From: Candidatus Micrarchaeota archaeon
GTDB lineage: Archaea; Micrarchaeota; Micrarchaeia; Anstonellales; Bilamarchaeaceae
Length of the DNA: 64,000 bases
Assembly (NCBI GenBank): GCA_043821365.1
Contig: JBDRCX010000006.1
Location: 64,001 to 128,000, forward strand
Reading direction: 5' to 3'
Part shown: in pieces, positions 26,887 to 36,057 of the stretch
How positions within the stretch are numbered: position 1 is the stretch's first letter
Layout: each line of letters begins with the position of its first letter
Notes under the pieces: model-generated
Database searches by the model: none
The model's input: the letters and a program-made list of their open reading frames with translations, nothing else
Told to the model about the DNA's origin: nothing
Made by a program: the position numbers and the translations under genes

Positions 26887-28448
26887 TTCATCCCTCCGAT
26901 GGTAAAAATATTAAATCGAAGATTTTTCTTGTCAAGTATTTCTGAACTTAGTTGCTCAGTGATAGATTCTTTTATTTTGGAATAATCTGCTTGTGGGATG
27001 GTCGTATTCCCAATTGCATGCCTCTTGCCTTTTACATTAAAACAGAACATACTGTCACTTAGACCCTCAGAATTATGACAGAAAAATGAATCAGAACATT
27101 TGTTCGACGTGTCTACTTCTAGACAACGGCTAAGATATAGTGAATTATGACAATTGATACAGAACTCGGAATTCATATTACGGTAGCCACCAAAAATATA
27201 CTTTGAACTAAATGCTGATGATATGACACCAAGATTTTCACTTTGGACTATGTCAAAGCCTTTGTAGACATTGTTCGTATAGTAAACTAATGGTGACTGA
27301 ATGATATTACTATTTACACCATCCAAAATTTCAACTGAAAAATAGGCAATTTCAGCGAGATTTGAAATGATTGAATCTACTGAATTGATTTTTGATGGAT
27401 CCAGAGTGAGTTTACTAAGTTCCAACCCTTCCCCTAAAGTAACTAGAAGTTCTTTTGGAAAAAGAGAAAGGGCATATAGATCTGGATGAAGAGGGAGATA
27501 GGTTGTTCTTCCAAACATTGTTTTTATTGAATCCATCTTTATTTTTTCAGATGAAAGCCAAGACTCATAATTTTTTATTGTTCCAGGATCTTTTTTCAGA
27601 ATAATTTTGAATGTTGATGTAAAACTCCTCTCAATTACTTGCATATCGCCTGTATCTGGTTTTTTTGGTGTGGAAAGAACTGGTCGTTTTGGTATTTTTC
27701 CCTTTCTTACTAGATCAAATAATGAAGGGTATTTTTTATTCTTTTTCAGATCATGAACAACTTCGGATATAAGCTTCTTTTTCAATTCTAGATATTTGTC
27801 CCTAGTAAGTTGAAGATTTCCAATTCTATACTTTTTATTTCTTTGGAAAAATGAAAACAAAAGCTCACTAGAATTGACGCATTGATTAGAAAAATAGATA
27901 TCAGTACAATCACCGAGAATTTGACTTTCAAAAATACGCTTGCAATGAAACCCACCATAGAACTTTATTGTAAATTCTGTTTTTCCGAACCACCCTGAAC
28001 CAAAAATATGTTTACTGTTAAGACGAACTAAAGATGAATGGAAAACGTTAGTAGATTGGGAGATATTCAGAGAATTGGCAACATAATTTGAATCCATTAC
28101 AAGATCTGAAGATTCAACGAACTTGGAATTACCTAGAATTCTGTTGCCTGTGTATGTCCATTCTTCAGAAACTGCCCTTGTAATTGAATCAATGTCTTTG
28201 ATATCATTTATTGACAGTGGTTTTGATTCTTTTATTTCATCTGCAGAAATAACTTTTGCCAATTTAGAATAATCTGATGCAAGTACCACATCTTTACCAG
28301 AAATTGCGGATTTTGAAACTTGAGGTTTTGGACAGTACTCCTTCAACCACTCTTCATAATCCCTAAGCTCACCTAGCTCTTCTCCAAGAAGAATCTTGCA
28401 TGTTGATGACCAGGATTTGTTAAGTGATGAATAAAGCTCGGAATTCAT
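26883..28448 (-). CDS. Cys/Ser-rich hexapeptide-repeat protein, fused A-B; first gene of the 9-gene operon
   Basis: LNKSWSSTCKILLGEELG; PLSINDIKDIDS; FCHNSEGLSDSMFCFNVKGKRHAIGN. Confidence 0.9.
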   Translation of the reverse strand: MNSELYSSLNKSWSSTCKILLGEELGELRDYEEWLKEYCPKPQVSKSAISGKDVVLASDYSKLAKVISADEIKESKPLSINDIKDIDSITRAVSEEWTYTGNRILGNSKFVESSDLVMDSNYVANSLNISQSTNVFHSSLVRLNSKHIFGSGWFGKTEFTIKFYGGFHCKRIFESQILGDCTDIYFSNQCVNSSELLFSFFQRNKKYRIGNLQLTRDKYLELKKKLISEVVHDLKKNKKYPSLFDLVRKGKIPKRPVLSTPKKPDTGDMQVIERSFTSTFKIILKKDPGTIKNYESWLSSEKIKMDSIKTMFGRTTYLPLHPDLYALSLFPKELLVTLGEGLELSKLTLDPSKINSVDSIISNLAEIAYFSVEILDGVNSNIIQSPLVYYTNNVYKGFDIVQSENLGVISSAFSSKYIFGGYRNMNSEFCINCHNSLYLSRCLEVDTSNKCSDSFFCHNSEGLSDSMFCFNVKGKRHAIGNTTIPQADYSKIKESITEQLSSEILDKKNLRFNIFTIGGMK

Positions 28449-28485
28449 GTTAGTATGGACGCTTTAATCATATAATAGAGTAACA

Positions 28486-28504
28486 CCGTTGCAGAGCGGT
28501 TTTG
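28486..28504 (-). promoter_or_regulatory. Motif CAAAACCGCTCTGCAACGG upstream of the operon TATA-like box
   Basis: 17/19 identity to 16901-16919; similar ~9-nt spacing to an AT-rich box (TATTATAT). Confidence 0.7.
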
Positions 28505-28535
28505 GCATCTCTCAATGAAATAATGCGTTGTTTAA

Positions 28536-29252
28536 TCAGCGCATGATCCGTAAGATGTCATTCAAAACTGGAAGTAACTTCTTTTCTGCTTTTCTCAAAA
28601 GTTCTGCACAAGTAGACGGACTTATGTCTAGTTTCTTTGACAGCTCTTCTATATTGATTTTTTTAGGTTCTTCATAATACCCATATCTACAGGCAAGATC
28701 AAAAACTTCCATCTGTCTATCTGTTAAAATTTCACTGGCAAATTTTAGTTTACTAAACCCAGACGTTCTAAAATTATCAAGAGAAACTGATTGTGAAGGT
28801 TCAAGATATCTTTTTGATTTGATTTTAAGATCATAACCATGGTCTTTTACAAGTTCCATAAAATGTTTTAAACTTTTGAAATTCGGTGCAAGCATGGTAA
28901 CATGATCAACACCATCCTCTGTCCATGTTGGCTCTATCCACATGGTTTTAGTTTTTGCAAGTGCAGGAGCAGTGGCAAGATCCTTGCTTTGTTTAACAGA
29001 AATTTGTGACTTGTGATTACCTATTATGATTATTGCGACTTCTTTGACTTTTGATTGTTTTTTGAAGAGTTCGACAGTAGACCTGAGGTTGGATGTATCA
29101 ACTTCAAAAAGATTAGTAATTGTTTTTTCATCCTGGCCTATTGTTGCAAGCCATTTTATTTTGACATCTTTTAATTTGTCAGTAACTGCTATTGAAGTAC
29201 AATCATGGATTTGTTCAAGCTCCACAATAAGAGGTTGAATTTTATCAGCCAT
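28536..29252 (-). CDS. HTH_10 (bacterio-opsin activator-type HTH) regulator
   Basis: LTDRQMEVFDLACRYGYYEEPKKINIEELSKKLDIS...LLRKAEKK. Confidence 0.87.
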   Translation of the reverse strand: MADKIQPLIVELEQIHDCTSIAVTDKLKDVKIKWLATIGQDEKTITNLFEVDTSNLRSTVELFKKQSKVKEVAIIIIGNHKSQISVKQSKDLATAPALAKTKTMWIEPTWTEDGVDHVTMLAPNFKSLKHFMELVKDHGYDLKIKSKRYLEPSQSVSLDNFRTSGFSKLKFASEILTDRQMEVFDLACRYGYYEEPKKINIEELSKKLDISPSTCAELLRKAEKKLLPVLNDILRIMR

Positions 29253-29281
29253 ATAACAGATTCACCTTGATGATTTTAATA

Positions 29282-30388
29282 TTATGCAGCTTTTAGATTT
29301 TTTACAGGAAGAACTGTTTGTCCTTGGCCTCTGTGACTTGGGATTCTCTTCTTATCAAGTGCAAATGCCTCCCTTGCTCTTTTGCAGACAGTGTCACATA
29401 TGGAACCCTGTTCAGTTTCCTTATTTGACCTAAGCCAGGCTTCTGCTTCTCTTACATAATGTGTAATTAAAAGAACACGATTTGCTACGATTTCTTCAAA
29501 TGAATGGCCTCTAAGATCACCTTCATTCATATCAAGATTTGTAAATTTAGATGTGAAACATGCAGTAATATGGCCTTCTGCAGTTACACGCATATTATTT
29601 GAGGCACCATCGTGCACATCAGATAAAAAACGTTCGACTCTTTCCCTTGTTGTTAAACCATCACTTAGGATTAATGGTAAAGTGCATGCCCTTCCAGTTC
29701 TGCGCAATGGTTTTGCTGTTAAATCAACATCTAGAAATGGATTTGGAAGAGATCTTGGACTGCCATCAGGATTTGTCCTTCTTGCATTTTCAAAAATTGC
29801 AAAGTTTTCTCTTACCCATCTAAAAAAATCAGTCTCAAGAATTTCTCTTTCTGTTAAAACAGGGAATAGAGAACGGATCTGAACAGGCATCTCAACAGAT
29901 TCAGGAAAACAAAGGACTTTTAGGCCTCTTGCAGCTAACGGTGCTCTTGATATGAATAGAAGAGCATCACGAATTCTATTTTCATCTGAAAGATAACCGT
30001 ATGGATGGTATGTGACATTGAAACGAACGTGTATACCAGATTCTGCAAATTCTCGCAAAACAGTTTCAAGATGATCTTTATCCATATGGGGATTAAATCC
30101 ACCAGTTAATACTCCTATGAAATTTGCATAACGTGAGACTGAACGCAAAAAATTTGGAAGATCGCTGTGATAGGTTGGATCTCCACCTCCAAGTAGATTG
30201 ATTTTTGTTCCAAGATCAGGAACTAGACGGGACTTGGGTCTTAGTCGGAAGTGACCAGACTGAAATAAAAGATCAACATCTTCTGGAGACAGCTCCAGTC
30301 CTTTCATATTGGCACTATCCCCACAGTGCTTGCAACCATTGCCGCATTTGGATGTTGGATCTAATTGGCTGATGGTAAGATTATCCAT
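29282..30388 (-). CDS. Divergent radical SAM protein with twitch/SPASM-like C-terminal Cys
   Basis: CGNGCKHC (CX3CX2C), GGGDP, RVTAEGHITAC, CDTVC. Confidence 0.75.
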   Translation of the reverse strand: MDNLTISQLDPTSKCGNGCKHCGDSANMKGLELSPEDVDLLFQSGHFRLRPKSRLVPDLGTKINLLGGGDPTYHSDLPNFLRSVSRYANFIGVLTGGFNPHMDKDHLETVLREFAESGIHVRFNVTYHPYGYLSDENRIRDALLFISRAPLAARGLKVLCFPESVEMPVQIRSLFPVLTEREILETDFFRWVRENFAIFENARRTNPDGSPRSLPNPFLDVDLTAKPLRRTGRACTLPLILSDGLTTRERVERFLSDVHDGASNNMRVTAEGHITACFTSKFTNLDMNEGDLRGHSFEEIVANRVLLITHYVREAEAWLRSNKETEQGSICDTVCKRAREAFALDKKRIPSHRGQGQTVLPVKNLKAA

Positions 30389-30538
30389 AGGCTAGTATTG
30401 TGTGGAAAACTATATAAAAGTGATGAATAGTGATAGAGAATAAGTGTTTTAATTATTAGCAACTATTTAACATTTGTTAAATACTGGTTGTTAAAAATTT
30501 CACTTCGTGAAATTTTGACAAACCAACATAGTGATATT

Positions 30539-31624
30539 ATGAACAAGATCAAATGTGCAGTTGTTGGGGTTGGAAATTGTTTTGCTGGTCTGGTACAGGG
30601 AATTGAGTATTACAAACTGAATCCTGAACAGAGAGTAGTTGGAGTCATGCATGAAGAGATGGGCGGATATTCTATTCATGATATTGATTTTGTTGCTGGG
30701 TTTGATGTTGATTCTAAAAAAGTGGGCCAAACATTAAGCAATGCGGTTTATGCCGAACCGAATAAAGTAAAATGGGTTGAATCTTTATCTTCCATGAGTG
30801 ATGTTACTGTGAAACAATCCCCCCAATTGGATGGAGTGGGGATATATGTAAGTAAAGTCGTGCACCCAGTAAAAGAAAGGCCAATTGAAGAACTTAAAAA
30901 AGAGATTGTGACAGAGTTGGCTGAAAAAAAAGTAGAGATTATTGTTTCCTATTTACCAGTTGGATCTGATAATGCTACAAAATTCTGGGCACAGGTTTGT
31001 TTGGATGCTGGAGTTGGATTTGTTAATTGTATGCCGAGTTTTATTGCTTCAGATCCAGAATGGGCAGCGAAATTTGAAAATTCTGGAATTCCCATCGTTG
31101 GAGACGACATAAAAGGCCAGGTCGGAGCTACCATAGTTCACAGAACACTTGCAAAACTCTGTGATAAAAGAGCAACAAAAATAGAAAAAACATATCAAAT
31201 CAATGTTGGTGGAAATACTGATTTTTTATCCATGAAAGAACAGGATAGACTCACATCAAAAAAGATATCAAAAACAGAATCAGTTCAATCACAACTTTCT
31301 CAGAGATTGGAGGATGACCAGATATATGTTGGGCCATCAGATTTCATCCCATTTTTAGGAAATACAAAATTAATGTTTATGCGAATAGAAGGTAAGATGT
31401 GGGCAAATATTCCTTATAATATGGAAGTTAGATTAGAAGTTGATGATAAAGCCAATTCAGCAGGAATAGTAGTTGATGCAATAAGATATTGTAGAATAGC
31501 ACTTGACAGAAAGCAAGGAGGCCCATTGATTGGCCCAAGTGCCTGGTTGATGAAACATCCACCAAAACAGTTCAGTGATGATGAAGCACAACGACTTGCA
31601 AGTGAATTTGTAAAAAATAAATAA
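30539..31624 (+). CDS. ino1: myo-inositol-1-phosphate synthase
   Basis: AVVGVGNC, SYLPVGS, GDDIKGQVGAT, QINVGGNTDF, DKANSAG; start moved to ATG 30539. Confidence 0.95.
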   Translation: MNKIKCAVVGVGNCFAGLVQGIEYYKLNPEQRVVGVMHEEMGGYSIHDIDFVAGFDVDSKKVGQTLSNAVYAEPNKVKWVESLSSMSDVTVKQSPQLDGVGIYVSKVVHPVKERPIEELKKEIVTELAEKKVEIIVSYLPVGSDNATKFWAQVCLDAGVGFVNCMPSFIASDPEWAAKFENSGIPIVGDDIKGQVGATIVHRTLAKLCDKRATKIEKTYQINVGGNTDFLSMKEQDRLTSKKISKTESVQSQLSQRLEDDQIYVGPSDFIPFLGNTKLMFMRIEGKMWANIPYNMEVRLEVDDKANSAGIVVDAIRYCRIALDRKQGGPLIGPSAWLMKHPPKQFSDDEAQRLASEFVKNK

Positions 31625-31625
31625 T

Positions 31626-32726
31626 CTAACGTACCAGAGCACGTGCTTTCAAGACAGTGTTTCCATGCCCGCGATGACTTGGAAAACGCTTGGGGTCATC
31701 TATAAATGCTTCTCTTGCTCTTCTACAAACAGTATCACATATTGTACCTGATTCAGACGTATGTGATCTTAGCCATCTTCTTGATTCAGAAATAAGATGT
31801 TCGATAAATAATAAACGATTAGACCGAATTTCATCATAATTATGACCATACAAATCTCCCTCAAAAAAATCTGTTCGTGGAAATCTGGATGATTCACAAC
31901 CTGTCACAAAACCATCATATGTGACTCTAAGAGGATGGACATATAATTGCGGTGCTAAAGCAAGCATAGCTTCAACATTCCTCGTAGTGGTAGTACCAGA
32001 AAGTAAAATACGTGGTAGTGTAAGTGCTCTTCCACTACACCTCAAAGAATCTTCGTTATACTCCAGAATTAATGGTGGTTTGGTAGTATTATATGAAGCT
32101 GCACCAAGATACATCTTTAATGGGGAGGCCATAAAGATCACTCCAAATTTTTTATTTATCCAACGCCAAAGATCGCTTCTCTCGAAATTAGCACGGGTCA
32201 TGTAAGGAAAGGTATGTTTAATAGCACGGTCAACGTGAACAGCAAGTTCTTCAGGTATGCAACGAACACGCAAAGTCCATCCAAGGATACCAGAATCTCT
32301 AAACATCAATAATGTTTTTTTTATTCTAGCATCATGACCATTAGAACCAAAGGGATGATGATTAATGGTGAAATTGATCTTTACTCCAGTTGAACAAAGT
32401 GTATTGACCTTTCTTAATTGTTGTAAAGTTAGTTGGCGACTAACACCACCAGTTAAAACAAGAATTGATGGTGCAAAAGAAGATAAAAGACGTATTAGTT
32501 CAACAAATCCATGCACATACGCAGTTGGATCTCCCCCACCAGCTAAAGCAAACATCTGAGAATTAGCAACGCCAGAAATACCAAAGAAGCCAGAGGTAAA
32601 TATAGCCTCAATATCTTCTAATGGCATGGCTTGCCCATTTGGTAAACTTGAATCGCCGCAATGTTTGCAAAAATTCCCACAGCTAGATGTCGGATCAAGT
32701 TGCCCAATGATTAATTTATCTGCCAT
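31626..32726 (-). CDS. Divergent radical SAM protein, paralog of 29282-30388
   Basis: CGNFCKHC, GGGDP, RVTYDGFVTGC, CDTVC, PSHRGHG. Confidence 0.75.
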   Translation of the reverse strand: MADKLIIGQLDPTSSCGNFCKHCGDSSLPNGQAMPLEDIEAIFTSGFFGISGVANSQMFALAGGGDPTAYVHGFVELIRLLSSFAPSILVLTGGVSRQLTLQQLRKVNTLCSTGVKINFTINHHPFGSNGHDARIKKTLLMFRDSGILGWTLRVRCIPEELAVHVDRAIKHTFPYMTRANFERSDLWRWINKKFGVIFMASPLKMYLGAASYNTTKPPLILEYNEDSLRCSGRALTLPRILLSGTTTTRNVEAMLALAPQLYVHPLRVTYDGFVTGCESSRFPRTDFFEGDLYGHNYDEIRSNRLLFIEHLISESRRWLRSHTSESGTICDTVCRRAREAFIDDPKRFPSHRGHGNTVLKARALVR

Positions 32727-32820
32727 ACTAAACAACTATATACAACAAGATTTAAATATCAGATAGACCAGATAAGAGATAGAAGGTCTGCTTTAAATAA
32801 TATTTTTACTTATTCAAATC

Positions 32821-34557
32821 ATGCTTCTTTTTTCAGATGTTGCAAACTTTTTTCAAGAAATAGAAAAGCGCAGCGGTAGGCTGGAAATGACAGACCTACT
32901 GGCGAATCTTTTCAAGCAAACAACAGCAGATGAAATCGATAGACTAGTTTATATCTTACAAGGAATTCTAGCTCCACCATATGAAGGAATTGATTTGGGA
33001 ATGGGAGAAAGATTCGCACTTGCAGCAATTGCATCAAGTTCTGGCTATTCTACAGCAGAAGTTGAAAAGAATTATAAAAAAAGTGGGGATTTGGGGGATA
33101 CTGCAGAAGAATTTCTTGGTAGAAAAAAACAAACTGCCCTATCAACAACAGACATGGGAGTAACCTACTTATTTGATGCTTTAATGAGGATTGCGAAGTC
33201 TTCTGGACCAGGAAGCCAAGACCAAAAAATAAAAATTCTTACAGAACTTCTGAATAACTCCACAGGTCTTGAATCAAGATACATAATTAGATATGTAACT
33301 GGGAGCCTCAGGCTTGGAGTGGGGGACCCCACAATCCTAGATGCGATTTCTGTTGCGCATGCTGGTGATAAATCACTTAGAGAAAAACTTGAACGTGCAT
33401 ATAATACTTGTTCAGATCTTGGGCATGTTGCAAAGGTATTTTACCAGGATCCAAAAAAGATAGAGAAATTTGTAGTTACTCCATTCAAACCATTGATGCC
33501 TGCGTTAGCTGAAAGAGAGAACACTCCAGAAGCCATAATTAAACGGTTAGAAAAATGCGGAATTGAAATGAAATATGATGGTTTCAGACTTCAATGCCAT
33601 AAAAAAGGAGATAACGTAGAATTATACTCACGAAAACTCGAAAAAATGACAGCCATGTTTCCAGATGTTGTTGAGGCTGTAAAGCAGATTAAAGCTGATG
33701 AACTGATATTTGAAGGAGAAGCTCTTGCATTTGACAATAAGAACAATAGATATTTTTCATTCCAACAAACCATGCACAGAAGAAGAAAACATGGGATTGA
33801 AGATGCATCAAAGGAATTTCCATTAAATGTTTTTGTTTTTGATGTTCTTTATGTTGATGGTAAGGATATGACTGAGATAGCCTACAACAAGAGAAGAAAA
33901 ATAATTGAAAAATTATTCAAAAAAGACATACTTAAACCAAGTGAAATGAAACTCGTAAGCAGTGCAAATGAACTTGAAAAGATATTCCAAAATTCTATTA
34001 GTCAAGGATTGGAAGGGATAATAGCCAAGGATTTGAATGCACCCTATACTGCAGGAAAAAGAAAATTTGCATGGATAAAACTGAAAAAATCCTATGGAAA
34101 GGCAGTCGATACTATAGATGCTGTTATTGTTGGATATTATTTGGGGCAGGGATCTAGAGCTGAGTTTGAATTTGGTGGACTTTTGGTAGCAGTTTACAAT
34201 CCAGATAGAGGGAAATTAGAAACTGTTGCAAGAATAGGATCAGGATTTAGTGAGGACGAGATGAAGAATTTCAGTGAGATGCTTGGTAAAATAAAAACCA
34301 AAAAAGCACCCGCAAAACTAGACTATTCAGTTGAAAAACCAGATTTCTGGGTAACCCCAAAATATGTTGTTGAGGTTGCTTTTGATGATATTACTCAGTC
34401 ATCCATGCACACATGTGGAACTATGGGAGTTGAAGATGAGAAGGGGTATGCATTGAGATTCCCAAGATTGGTTAGATTGAGAGAGGATAAGGGAACAGAG
34501 GAAGTAACAACAACTGAAGAAGTAATTGGAATGTTTAGATTACAACGAAGGGGGTAA
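32821..34557 (+). CDS. lig: ATP-dependent DNA ligase
   Basis: EMKYDGFR (adenylated Lys), EGIIAK, WIKLK, ALRFPR. Confidence 0.97.
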   Translation: MLLFSDVANFFQEIEKRSGRLEMTDLLANLFKQTTADEIDRLVYILQGILAPPYEGIDLGMGERFALAAIASSSGYSTAEVEKNYKKSGDLGDTAEEFLGRKKQTALSTTDMGVTYLFDALMRIAKSSGPGSQDQKIKILTELLNNSTGLESRYIIRYVTGSLRLGVGDPTILDAISVAHAGDKSLREKLERAYNTCSDLGHVAKVFYQDPKKIEKFVVTPFKPLMPALAERENTPEAIIKRLEKCGIEMKYDGFRLQCHKKGDNVELYSRKLEKMTAMFPDVVEAVKQIKADELIFEGEALAFDNKNNRYFSFQQTMHRRRKHGIEDASKEFPLNVFVFDVLYVDGKDMTEIAYNKRRKIIEKLFKKDILKPSEMKLVSSANELEKIFQNSISQGLEGIIAKDLNAPYTAGKRKFAWIKLKKSYGKAVDTIDAVIVGYYLGQGSRAEFEFGGLLVAVYNPDRGKLETVARIGSGFSEDEMKNFSEMLGKIKTKKAPAKLDYSVEKPDFWVTPKYVVEVAFDDITQSSMHTCGTMGVEDEKGYALRFPRLVRLREDKGTEEVTTTEEVIGMFRLQRRG

Positions 34558-34584
34558 ACGCAAATTTTTAATGCTCACCTGATT

Positions 34585-36054
34585 ATGCTAATCATGAAAG
34601 TTGAATTGAAGAAAGGACATTTATCGGATCTTAAAGGAGGACTTCTTTGTGTTTTTGTAATGCAAGGAGAAGAATTACCATGGGATGTTAGACCATTCTT
34701 AGACGGAGTGTCAAAAGAGAGATTTGAAGGAAAACTTCTGCAGACATATTCAACTGACACACTAAAAAAAGCAAAGTTTTCTAAATTGCTTATTGTTGGT
34801 TTGGGTAAAAAAGAAGAATTCAAAACTGATTATTTGAGAAGAGCAGCAGGAACAGCAGTAAGATATGCAACTGGTTCAAAAGAAAAGGAATTGACAATTC
34901 ATATTCCAAGCAAATTTGTTGGCAGACCAGAACTTTTGAAAATGATTCAGGCAACAACCGAAGGTGCGATTCTTGCTGGATATAAATTCCACCAGTATAA
35001 AACCAAGAAAGAGGATTTGTTTTTAGTTGAGAAAGTCAATATTTTGAGCAATGAAGATATAAGAGATGGAATAACCCAGGGAATAGTTTATGCAGAAGCA
35101 CAGAATTATGCACGTGAACTTGATGAACAGCCAGGGAACATAGCAAGTCCGCAGTGGGTTGCAAATGAAGCAAAAAAACTGGCTAAGAAACATGGATTAC
35201 GTTTAACCATTTTGGACAAACATGCAATGAAAAGAAAGGAGATGAATGCGCTTCTAGGCGTTGCACAGGGAAGTGGATATGACCCCTACCTCCTGAAATT
35301 AGAGTACAATAAAGGAAAAACTCCAACATATTGTGTTGTTGGTAAAGGAGTCATTTTCGATAGTGGTGGGATAAGCCTAAAACCATCACCAAATATGCAC
35401 GAGATGAAATATGATAAAACAGGTGCAATAAATGTGCTTGGAGTTATGAAAGCAGTTGCTGAACTAAAACTACCAGTTAGAGTTGTTGGGATAATGCCAA
35501 TGGTAGAGAACATGCCTTCAGGAACTGCCCAAAGACCAGGCGACATAGTAAAATCATATAGTGGAAAAACAATCGAAGTGCTTAATACTGATGCAGAGGG
35601 AAGGCTGATTCTTGCTGATGCGCTGGCTTATGCAACTGAAGAAAAGCCAAAATACATGATAGACATGGCAACCCTGACAGGTGCAATGGTTGTAAGCCTT
35701 GGAAGACATGCAATTGGTTTATTCTCCAATGATGATAATCTTTCTGAGACGATAAAGGATGCAGGAGAAGAAACTCATGAGAGAATTTGGAGAATGCCAC
35801 TTTGGCAGGAATACAGCGAGATGATGAAGTCTGAATTTGCTGATGTTAAAAATATATCAGAAGTTGGAGAAGCAGGATCAATAACTGCAGCTGCGTTCTT
35901 GAAAGAATTCATAGGAAAAACAAAATGGGCACATTTAGATATTGCCGGGGTTGACCACACAAAACCACCTCACCCATATTTTGACAAAGGTGCAACTGGG
36001 ATTGGAGTAAGATTGGTGACTAAAACTTTGGCGAAATTAGCTAAAAAGAAATAA
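34585..36054 (+). CDS. pepA: Leucyl aminopeptidase (M17)
   Basis: GKGVIFDSGG, MKYDK, NTDAEGRLILAD, WAHLDIAG. Confidence 0.96.
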   Translation: MLIMKVELKKGHLSDLKGGLLCVFVMQGEELPWDVRPFLDGVSKERFEGKLLQTYSTDTLKKAKFSKLLIVGLGKKEEFKTDYLRRAAGTAVRYATGSKEKELTIHIPSKFVGRPELLKMIQATTEGAILAGYKFHQYKTKKEDLFLVEKVNILSNEDIRDGITQGIVYAEAQNYARELDEQPGNIASPQWVANEAKKLAKKHGLRLTILDKHAMKRKEMNALLGVAQGSGYDPYLLKLEYNKGKTPTYCVVGKGVIFDSGGISLKPSPNMHEMKYDKTGAINVLGVMKAVAELKLPVRVVGIMPMVENMPSGTAQRPGDIVKSYSGKTIEVLNTDAEGRLILADALAYATEEKPKYMIDMATLTGAMVVSLGRHAIGLFSNDDNLSETIKDAGEETHERIWRMPLWQEYSEMMKSEFADVKNISEVGEAGSITAAAFLKEFIGKTKWAHLDIAGVDHTKPPHPYFDKGATGIGVRLVTKTLAKLAKKK

Positions 36055-36057
36055 TGA

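Noticed and set aside
7014-28448. Ferredoxin-type CxxCxxCxxxC clusters
   Set aside because: Cys spacing is a running 3/6 period with frequent Ser substitution and no CxxxCP; metal binding remains possible but unsupported.
7014-28448. Diversity-generating retroelement
   Set aside because: No reverse transcriptase, and I saw no template/variable repeat pair with adenine-specific differences.
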